Source: Vicugna vicugna (lineage: Eukaryota). Taken from it: a stretch of DNA of 64,000 nucleotides. Where the stretch lies: contig MU057984.1 of assembly GCA_013265495.1 (NCBI GenBank), forward strand, positions 248,001 to 312,000, written 5' to 3'. The position numbers were made by a program, and so were the translations under genes. The first letter of the stretch is position 1, and each line of letters starts with the position of its first letter. Positions 54,097 to 64,000 of the stretch are shown piece after piece. The notes under the pieces are model-generated. The model was not told where the DNA came from. It was given only the letters and a program-made list of their open reading frames with translations, and made no database searches.

Positions 54097-54867
54097 CTAG
54101 GGGAAGGAAAAACATTTGTGACTGCAATGGTTATTTCTACCCTTGACATTGTTATCCAGAATGGACTTGGGAGGTCTGAAATATAACACTGCAGTCAAGG
54201 CCTCCATTAACCAGGGGAAAAATAAATAGGAAATACATTTTTATAGTCTTTTTTTTTCACTTTTTTATAGTCTTAATTAAGTAATTCAAGAGTAAGTCTT
54301 CGGGAATTAAAGATACTCTACTGGTATTCTCTACAAAGAATTCTAGTCAAGTGGTTCTTTCAGAGACACATCATTACCTTGCTAAAAAAATTCTGTGGCC
54401 ACTGTATTCCTATCAGAGATGAGAAGGCAGGAGGAGCAGAAATAAATGTAAAGGAAGACATCTGTCAAAGACTGGCAAGACCTGCCATTTTCTTTCACTA
54501 ACAACCTTACACTGTAAACTAGAACGTAGGGGAGAAGTACAGGTTATACTGCCATCTACAGAATTTTGACACTGTAGTTACTTCCAGATTATTTGGAAAC
54601 TGGAAGATTTTGCTGAGTAAATATTCTAAATGCCAAATTTCAATACTGACCTGAAGACTAAAAAATATTCTAAGAAGAATCACAATTGCCTTTTTCTTAC
54701 TTGTTAAAATGGTGCTCTATTCTATGGATGCTGACATCATAAAGTTAAAAGGGAGCCTTTGAAAATGGAATCATATATGGAAAAACCTGCTGTGAGGATG
54801 CTTAGGTGACTATATGAGGCCCCATCCTTCAACATTATGAATGAAACAAAATGCACAGATACTCTAC

Positions 54868-54979
54868 CTTCGTCAGGAGAACTGCTGAAGTCAAGTGGAG
54901 TTGAAGAATCCAATGGAAATAATCTGGAAGGCAAGGGGAGCATACCTTTTCCTTCCAAAACATATATTAGTTCTCCAAT
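54868..54979 (-). CDS. CFAP47: CFAP47 internal exon, 112 nt: IGELIYVLEGKGMLPLPSRLFPLDSSTPLDFSSSPDE
   Basis: Acceptor ttgtctttcag|ATT, donor GAAG|gtagag; phase 0 to 1; lies within ORF 54737..54994. Confidence 0.9.
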
Positions 54980-55763
54980 CTGAAAGACAACCACACAATG
55001 ATATATTATAAAAGCTCAGGAAAAGGATAAACGTTTCACCTGTAAGCTGTGTGCTATAAAAACATGCATCGTGCTTTACTAAACAACATAGGCCCTAAAT
55101 GGATGCAGAAGGGTAAGGATTAAATACAACCCTACCAAAGTACGAGGTAAACTCCGCATGCAACCAGAACACAGAGATGGATTAAGAACGTCCCAGGATG
55201 GCACTGACAGCACTTAATCTTTATAGCTACAAATATCCTCCAAAGAGTGCTAGCTTAAAACAAACACCCAAGCACAGGAGAAAATCTTTTCCTTCATTCT
55301 GTGATTTATTGTTGGATGGGAGTGACATCATTTTTGCAGGGTGTCTGAGTCCCCAAGAGTCTACATGTCAAAGTGGGGGTTTTGAAACTGCATGTGAGGG
55401 TCTGAAGATCTTTCAGGTAAGAAGTAGAAAAGACTAAAACAGAGAGTAAAAATAAAAGTGAGGGCAAGGCAAGGGCAGCAACATGATAGAGTGAAAGATC
55501 AAGAGAGGTGGATAATCCTGGTTTTCATTTGGGCATTGGCATTTACTAGCTACTAATAAAACTCAGGCAAGTTTACTGAATCTCTTGAGTGCCAGACTCC
55601 TCCCTTATAAAATGGGATGAACAACACTTCCATTTTAGGAACTCGAGATTAAATGAAAAAGGAGAAGGAGAGAGTCTCAAATGACATATCATACAATCAC
55701 AATGGATAAACATTTAGATCTTGATTCTTCAAGGCAGCAGAATATGTCATCCCAAATAATGAC

Positions 55764-56311
55764 TGTAGCAGTTCAGGACATGTCACCTAAAATATGCTGC
55801 CTTGGTATATTGATTATTTGAGCTGTAGCCACCTGAAAAACAGCAAACACAGAGAGAGGCTTTCTCTGAACTGCCCTTCACTGCCTAAAGACAGATCCTC
55901 CAAAAGGAACTCAATTATCATAAATCCCTTCCCTGAGTTTGATCAACCAGGGAAGACTGACTCTTGTCCCAGGAAGAGACTAGAAGTTGACATCATATCC
56001 AAACATTGTCACAAACTATTGTATCTTTTATCTACTCTTTTAAGAGCCCATTCATCTTTCCTAAAAATCATTTACTCTTATCTAAGTGGCTGCAACATTC
56101 CTCTCCTTTCCCTATTAAGATGGCATATAAGCCTGAATTCAAAGCCACCTCAAGGAGTTACTCCTTTTTCCTTGGGTATCTCCCATGTATACATGAGGTA
56201 TACATGTTAATAAACTTCTGTTTTTCTCTTGTTAATCTGTCTTTTATTACAGGGGTCTTAGCCAAAAACAACTCAGAAGAGTAGAGGGGAAATTATTTTT
56301 CCTCCCCTACA
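55764..56311 (+). mobile_element. ERV1-like solo LTR
   Basis: TGtagcag...cctaaaatatg...taataaacttctg...ttcctcccctaCA. Confidence 0.85.
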
Positions 56312-56457
56312 CTGCAAACAAAGAACTTTAAAATGAAATAATAATAATAAAAAAATACACAATCATGAGACAATCAGGGAAATATGAAGAATGCCTAGAT
56401 TTTTGATGTCATTAAGGAAAAAATTTACAATATTTTTAGTAGTAATGGTGTCATGGT

Positions 56458-56477
56458 TATATATATATATATATATA
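56458..56477. repeat. (TA)10 microsatellite within an old L1 3' end (about 56320-56680)
   Basis: Read directly from the sequence. Confidence 0.9.
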
Positions 56478-56684
56478 TTTTTAAATCAGTCTTTTTGTTG
56501 TAGAGCTACTTCCTGAATTATTTGTGGATAAAATGATGTCATGATTGGGATTGGCTTCATTATAATTATGAAACCTGTTTGGCCATGCACTGTTGAAACT
56601 GAGCAGAGAGTACAGGGAATGACTTATTGCAGTTTTATTTCTACAATTCTGTGTGCTTTACATTTTCCATAATGAAGTCTTTTC

Positions 56685-57048
56685 TTTCTTTTCCTTTTTT
56701 ATTGAGCTATATTTGATTTATAATATGATCTAAGTTTCAGGTGTACAACATCGTGATTCACAATTTTTAAACGTTATACTCCATTTATAGTCATTATACC
56801 ATACTGGCTCTACTCCCTGTGTTGTGTACAATGTATCCTTGTCACTTATTTATTTCATACACAGCAGTTGATACCTCTTAATCCTCTACCCCTTTTGTAT
56901 CCCCTTTCCCTTCCCTCTCCCTACTGGTAATCCCTAGTTTGTTCTCTACCTCTGTGATTCTGTTTCTTTTTTGTTATAATCACTAGTTTGTTTTATTTTT
57001 TAGATTCCACATATAAGTGATCATACAGTATTTGTCTTTCTCTGTTTG
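56685..57048 (-). mobile_element. L1 3' end with 11-bp TSD
   Basis: 'gtttcaggtgtacaacatcgtgattca...tagattccacatataagtgatcatacagtatttgtc'; TSD gaagtcttttt at 56674-56684 and 57049-57059. Confidence 0.9.
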
Positions 57049-58505
57049 GAAGTCTTTTTTTTAAATGTTTATATTTTAAGAAGTAGAATGACAGTAGAGA
57101 TGTGGTGAGGACTACTGTGAGGTAACATTTAACAACTTTTGCCATTTCACTTTTTGTCTAAGATGTTTACAATATTTTGGTATATTTTTATCATGTGATC
57201 AACTTACTTTTCTATTATTTATATATATACTGTTTGATCAAATACATCTTTAGAATGATCCCTAACCCTTTGCCTGACACTTACCAGGCACTTAAGAGAT
57301 CCATTTAAATGGAGTGAGAGCAGGCTTCCCAAACTTTCATGTGCATATAAATCACCTGAGGATCTTGTAAAAATGCAGCTCTGACTGAAAATATTTAGTA
57401 GGGGGCCAAGGCTTGAGAGGATCAATGAAAACAAAGGCTGAGAAATTCAGGTTTAAACTACACAATGGAGAATCTTGTACCGGAATCAGCTTGTAATGAG
57501 CATGCAACTCACCACTAGGAAAGCAAAAGGAAAGTAACTTTGAAGCTGGGACTGCAACTTGTTTGAACTGTCCCACAGTCTTAAAACAATATCAGCTGCA
57601 TGCTGGAGAGGCTATTTCAAAGATACCTTTGAGCAAGCAATATACACATCAATGAAATAAAAGTGAACTGATTACATAATGAAAATATGTCAAACTACTA
57701 TAAATATTTTAGATAAGTGAAATGGCAAAAATTGAAAAATAATCTAGAAACAATATAAGTGAACAATTTCTGATTGTGAGGACAATTTATTTATTGCTTC
57801 ATTATCCCTCCTTAGCTGAGATTTGTTTATAAGAAAATTTTGTCATCTACTTTCATATGAAAGTATGTTCTGTACAATTTTATTAATTACAATCCACAAT
57901 TATCTTCATTTCATGCTGAAAAAAAGGAATATGGAAAACTTTGAATATTTTAAGTTGTTTAGCATTTAAATCTGTGCACTCTGGGTAATAAATAGTATGT
58001 TATATACAATTTTCATAAAGTAATTTTTCCTAAGCAGCCATGTTCTTTGCAAACATAAATCCAAGCTAGTAATCTGAAATGTGTTTTGTGTATGTATATG
58101 TGTTCTACTACATACAACTGAGTTATCAACACTAATGGCAAAATTTTCAATGCTACTTGAAGTAGAATATAAATGCGTTAGTTCAACAGAGACTGGAGAA
58201 AACAATATATTAATATTTTACTTTCATTTTAACTTTTTATCCTACTTATTTTTATCTCAAAATCAGTTCTACCCAAAATATAGTTGATGGAAGAAATTCT
58301 CACATATTCAAGTATGCAGAAGTCACTCTGGCTCATATATGACTAGGCTTGACCTTTATGCTAACTAGAATAGCTTGTCTATGGCCTGACAAAACATGAA
58401 TTTTACATCTGCCTTAACCATTAGGACACTGATCTTCCACTGTGGATTGGATGCCCCTAAGGAAACACAACTGTCACCCAGATTTGGGTGACATGGCGAT
58501 CAACG

Positions 58506-58993
58506 TGTTAAAAGAAAAGAATGTATTTAAAAATCAAAATGGAGTAACTGTGGTTCAGGCATTCAAAGTGGAGGTGGTTGGCCACTGTGGATATAGTTGC
58601 AGACATATTCCTCCATCACTGAAAACTTGAATATTCTGGACTATATCAGACTCAAGGACATCACCAGCCATTCTCAAAACAGTAACTGCTAGCAGCTGCC
58701 AGCTGCAAACTTGTGGACTCAAGGTCTCCCCTTGTAACTGTGCAACCATTTCAGGCCCCAACCAATCCCTCCTTTACAAGTACCCTTACTTCTTACCAGC
58801 TCCAATCCTAATTGTTGACCACTTATGTAACTTTTAAATTTTTGCCTATATAAGCCTGTCCCATTTTGTAGTCTGGGCAACACAATTCAAGTGCTTCTTG
58901 AATCTGTGTCCCAGGCTATAGTCCTCAGTTTGGCTCAAATAAAACATTTTTCTATTCCTACTATAGATTGTTTATTGATGATCTGTGTTGACA
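58506..58993 (+). mobile_element. ERV solo LTR
   Basis: TGttaa...ttgaCA, CCAAT, 'cctatataag' TATA, 'ctcaaataaaac'. Confidence 0.8.
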
Positions 58994-61774
58994 TAGTCTC
59001 TATGAGAAATCAGATGTGGTGAGTATAGAGTTACAATAATTATATATATATTTTTAATGTACGTGTGAATGAAACCAGAGCTTGTCCACTCCATGAAAAC
59101 AAATACCGACTCACTGGATTTAATACAAAAGGAACAAACTATTTGCCAGAATATTTTCTTTAAATAAATTATAAACAGCTTCTTAGCCATTGATTAGCCA
59201 ACTGAAATATCAGTAACTAAGACTCTATTTAATTCCGTTTAATTTCACATCTTACACAGACAATACATTAGCATTTCTCAAAAAGGTATTTTGTCTAACT
59301 TGTTCACATTCAAAGTTCTTTTTCATTAAAAAGAAACTTAATAAAATCAAAAATAATGCCTGTTTCAGCAAATTATTCACGAAAGTCATTTGTAGTATCA
59401 TTTAATTATTTCCCTCTACTTTTCTTGAAATAAAATCAGACCAGGAAAGGAATACAAACTCAATAAAGAACACTTTTAAAGTAGAGATGCTCTTTACATT
59501 CCAAGTCTAGAGGCAGTAACATGGGAAATAAAATTATCTGACACATAACAGACACTTGTCAATGTGAGCTGTTCTAGTAGTTGCCTATTAAATTTCCTTT
59601 CTGCTCTTAATTTCATATTTTCCAGTTGGCATGTTTACTTGGATTGATATATTTTCCAGAAAGATGCCAAAGCCCACTGACAATGTTAAGAACACCTCAC
59701 AAAAGACATTTTGTTCTTCCTGTGTATCGAGTTAAATGTAGGCCTCAAACAACACAGTTCATGCAGTTTTACAAGACCAGCCATTAAATTAACCAGAAAG
59801 GAAGGACACAAACACAGAATTGGTAGGAAAGTTTTAATCCCAGCTCTGCTACTAATTAGCTGAGTAACCTTGACCAAATCATGGATGCCCTCCAGATACA
59901 AATAAACCCAATCTCTAAAAAAAAATTTTTTTAGACGGAAATCAAATCGCCATGCTGATTCATAGGTCTTAAGTTCTACTTACTCTCTTATATTGGACCT
60001 AGATATTGCTAGGTTTTGTAATTTGTTTATTTGAATTGGCTGAAACATTATTTTTATGGCTAAACATGAGACCTAAGCTAAAATTCTAAAACAGTAATTT
60101 CCATACACTAGAAAGAAATCATTAATCACTGTAGGTGACTATCTACTTCATGTTGTAATAATTACAACATGAAGCTGACCAGTAAGAATAATTGCTGTTC
60201 TTTTAAAGTACTATTTTTCATAGAAAGATTGAGCTAAGAGATTGAGTAAGGGTGAGAAGAAGGCATATAAAAAGATTTATATGCCTGCATTAAAAAGTTC
60301 AATTTTTTAAATACCATTTTAACACAATCTTAATTGCATGCCTGAGAGACTATTCCACACACATTTTGAGAAGGCAACATATATTTAAATGGCATAAAAT
60401 ACAAATTGATTGTTTAATAAAAAACAAACAGTATATTGTAGGAAAACAACTCTCTAAGCAAGAAGCTGGGCCTAGACTCTAGAAGCTATTGTGACAAGAT
60501 TAATAATCTCTTTTTGCCTTTATCACTGTATTTTTCAGAAGTTTCTATTCAAATTTTTTGCCCCGCATTTGCTCTGCAAGTAAATGAAAATTTGCTTTCC
60601 CTTCACTTGTGAAGATCACTCAAACTGCCATTAAGTTTGATCTTTATATCAATTTTCATCTTTACAGTTGTCTCTTGTTCCCTTCTTTTTTCCCCCAAAT
60701 CCAACATCGCCACCTCCTCTTTCACCAGTTTCTAACATGCTTCTCTGTTTTACTGCTAGTAAGTGAAAAAAGAAGGCAAGGTAGAATGGAGGTGTGTGGA
60801 GTAGCATAATAGACCACAAGAGTCTCCTAGCCAGTCTCTCAGTCTCCAGTTTCTGCCTCCAATTCTTAATCTACTCTCTGTATTGGCCCCAGAGATGTTT
60901 TCTAAAGCAAAAATGAAATCAGATTATGCCTAGGGCTCAATACCTTCTATTGGGTTCCTGCTTTCAATAATAACAATAAATTGCTATTCAACTTAAAATT
61001 CACTGTACTCCTCATTATCAGTCTGACTTATCCATCCAATCCATTTTCTGTCACTTTCAACATTCCATTCTCAGAATTTGCAATTCAAGTACCCATGAAA
61101 TTTCAAGCTTAGCTCTTTCGCCTAGTGTTCTTAGAATCTTCTCCTGAGCATACTTCTCTGCCCAGATTCTGCTGACTTGCAAATTTCTACTCATCCTTCT
61201 TAACCAAACTCCTCTATTAATCAATTATCCCTGCCTCTGCTATGCATTCTTCCCTCTAGTCTAGAAACGGTCACACTCTGTCTGACTGTGTTATAGAAAT
61301 AAGTGGACATGTTCCAGTACACTGTGTGCACAAGAAAAAAGTATGTCTTGCAAGGGGCATCTTTTTGAGGGCACAGTTGTCCCAGCACATGGCTACACCC
61401 ACTGAAAGTAGGAATGCATTTTTCTAACTCTTACGAATGTGCTACATGCTCAGCAAGCATTTTTCTACCACCTGGAGGGAACGCCTACTTCAAATGAACA
61501 CCAACTTTCTGTGTGAGCTGGGCTAGCCTTCTGCAAGTCTGTCTTCTCCACTGGAATGTGACTCCCTTGAGTTCAGTGTTCCTGCCCTTTCTGCGTGTTC
61601 ACTCTCTCCATGCCTAGAAAACTGGTTTCATACAGGTGGAATTAAACTGTGTTGGGAGGAGTGAACAGAATAATAAAATGAAATTACTGAGAATACATTT
61701 TGACTGCTTCAAATTTTAAAACTTGCAATAAGCCATTCTCCATATTCTGTAGTTTCCTTCAAGAATGAGAGGGT

Positions 61775-62039
61775 TCCAAATCTGCAATTAGTAGATAAAT
61801 AAATTCTGGAGATCTAATGCACAGCATAGTGATTATAGTCAACAATATTCTATTATAAACTGCAAAGTTGCTAAGAGTCAAGATCTTAACTGTTCTCAAC
61901 ACACAAAAAGAAATGAGGATTGTGTGACTGTGATAAATGTATGGTGGTAATCATACTGCAACATATAAATGTATCAAACCAACACTGTACACCTCAAACT
62001 TAAACAATGTTACCTGTCAATTATATCAAATAAAAACAA
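61775..62039 (+). mobile_element. L1MA-like 3' end with 14-bp TSD (1 mismatch)
   Basis: 'tctggagatctaatgcacagcatagtgattatag...caattatatcaaataaaa'; aagaatgagagggt / aaggatgagagggt. Confidence 0.87.
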
Positions 62040-64000
62040 AAGGATGAGAGGGTACATGAAATTAACATGGATTTGGGAAAATAGGAATTACTGTTTTCTC
62101 ATGTTCTACATGTCATTTACAGTAGAGTCCCGTGGAGCTGACATATTGGTACCCCAGAGGTATGTGGAATCTTTACAGACTGACTGGTTGCATCAATAAA
62201 GAATCCAGAGAAGACCCTTAAGAATAAATAACTACCACTGGGTACAAAATTCTCTTTTTCAGATTTTAGTCTCATGTTTTTTTTGAAAAGGCTGCAGTGC
62301 TTATTGTAGGATGACGGTTTCACAATAATAGGGGAAAGGAGGGTGGGTGAAGAGGGGAAGGCCTTGCAGTGTGAAGGGGCACAAGCTACGCGTAACTCTG
62401 TGCACATTTACTGCACTGATAGAGACTTTAAAGTTCACCTAACCTGCCCCCATATTGCCAATAGACATCCTGAGGTTAATAAATGTTTCAAAGTGTTTAC
62501 GGATGAGATTTCATCTTCTCTGTGTTTCATCAGGAACAACTCAGGGGTATGGCCTGTGGAGAGGAGTGTAGTTACCACAAAGGGAAAAAAAAGTGGTTGT
62601 AACAAATTGAATGAAAAATCAAAGGATGAGTGAAATGTGGCTGGCATTTAAAAGTCACAGAAAATAAAGGAAACCACTTATAAATAATACTCTGTCCCTC
62701 TAGCTATAAAAATAACTTTCATTAAACTGAAGCTCATATGCCTAAATGTAAAACTACATAAAGGTTTTAGCATAATATAATGTTTTTACTTTTACATTCA
62801 GTAAAATTAAGCAAAAATCCATATTATTAAAGTCTGTACATTAATTATGATGGAAAAAGCTGCATACAGATTATAGATTAATTACAAATATATATGAGAG
62901 ACTGCCAGCTTAATCTCTGCATCAGCAGAGACAGAAAGAAGGAGAATGAAATGAGTAACATTGCAAAAAGTCAAGTGAGAGGTTCCACTTACTTATGCAA
63001 ATCTCAGGGAGATGGCCAGAGGGACATGCAATATATTCAACCACTGGTATGGCACAGCCTTAGACTAAATTGTGGTAAACTATGTATCAACAAGAAGGCC
63101 TTGCAGGGTCTTCAACCTGGGACTGGGCACCCTTGCCCTCTCAGCTTTTGATTTGACTTGGCAAGGCTGACACTCTCTTTGGTGTATGGGGCCCTGGTAC
63201 GGGCCTGGACCAATCTGCATTGCTTAAGGTGCTCAGGGATGCCGGCTCCTACTTCCTCAAGGCAGCAATACCTCGCCTTTGGTTTCTATTTGTTTTGACC
63301 AAATTTCATAGACAGAAAAGGACAATGAAGGACTGGAAGATAAATCTACAGGGGAGAGAAGTCGTCTGGTTTGGTTCAATAAAAAGGCTCACGTGTTGGT
63401 GGAAGAAGGCTGCTCAGGCCACAGCAAACAGCTACAAATGGAACCCACTCTTAACCGAGGCCCCATGTCAAAGACCCCTGCCTGACGCCCCTGCTTCTCT
63501 CATAGGGACAATCTTAGAAATGCCAAGTGGGAATCCAGGACTATTCAGAGGGGATGTTTACCTGGGCACCATCATGAAGACACGGGTTATGTCAATACAC
63601 GGCTTTGCATGTGCAGTGTTCGTGTGCTGTGGGTGGGGGTCTGTCAACCCCTCTTCCCAGAAAGTGCATTTCCTTTAAAACTGGGGCATGATTCTGTTCC
63701 AGGTTCCTCCATTCAATCTACCCCGTCCACACATGAGCAGAAATCTCTTTGGATCTCTAGCATTTGATACCATGAATTTTCAGGGCTTTTATAGGTTCTT
63801 CCCTAATCCAAGAATTTCTATGAACACTGATGGAAGTTTTGTTAAACCGTTTCTACTTTCAAACAGCTATTACATAAATCATTTCATTCTTTATTTGAAA
63901 GTTCAAATGGAACAGCCAAAATGAAACAAATCACATACCCCTGATAGCAGTTTTAGTAGAAATGTTTCTGCTTTACACATGGAAAGTTATCAAACTGAGG

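Larger units (their letters stand above)
9635..54979 (-). other. CFAP47: CFAP47 (cilia- and flagella-associated protein 47), partial gene: 7 internal coding exons; the gene extends beyond both ends of the window
   Basis: Seven exons with AG/GT boundaries and consistent phases (0-1,1-0,0-1,1-0,0-0,0-0,0-1) give 379 codons without a stop. Motifs such as EAKEKALTFAAQQQ..EYEKRLITGTLESSSIRVA, GRYPCKILL, FETPAF, IEGKWFYGP, YPLTFKP and PWKRG match my recollection of the human CFAP47/CXorf30 C-terminal region. Confidence 0.93.

Noticed and set aside
58472..59935. Short hairpins (tgtcaccca-gatt-tgggtgaca; tct-A9-T7-aga)
   Set aside because: Stems of 9-10 bp or of low complexity are expected by chance in 64 kb of AT-rich DNA.
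62985..63060. Donor-like |gtaagt as the upstream CFAP47 exon
   Set aside because: The phase-0 frame ends in a stop and no frame resembles CFAP47.
82..63924. Remaining ORFs of the six-frame track (e.g. 82..459, 22811..23200, 25585..26001, 55794..56210)
   Set aside because: They fall in L1 UTRs, LTRs or low-complexity DNA, many start at non-ATG codons, and none resembles a known protein.
1..64000. A previously undescribed biological system
   Set aside because: Nearly everything is explained by a known gene and common mammalian transposon classes; nothing visible supports a new system.

Overview
Mammalian genomic DNA, AT-rich and repeat-dense. It is most likely from a camelid, judged from four copies of a tRNA-Ala-like SINE resembling Vic-1. 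The window lies inside one large minus-strand gene, which I recognise from memory of the human protein as CFAP47 (3' part, former CXorf30 region; X-linked in human). Seven internal coding exons (54868-54979, 53870-54096, 46285-46459, 20310-20506, 19236-19379, 18468-18638, 9635-9746) have canonical AG/GT sites and matching phases. They splice into an uninterrupted 1138-nt frame (379 codons + 1 nt). The neighbouring exons appear to lie outside the window. The introns contain about 12 ERV solo LTRs (some nested, all apparently antisense to the gene), L1 fragments of several ages, an internally deleted Tigger1, SINEs, old MIR/L2/MER5/MaLR relics, microsatellites and one 58-N gap. I found no evidence of a novel biological system. 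The most notable oddities are a perfect 3x107-bp triplication inside an old L1, nested insertions with readable target-site duplications (TSDs), a 5'-inverted L1, several perfect inverted repeats and an in-frame tandem splice acceptor. Repeat family names come from recalled consensus motifs, not a database search, and old-repeat boundaries are approximate.
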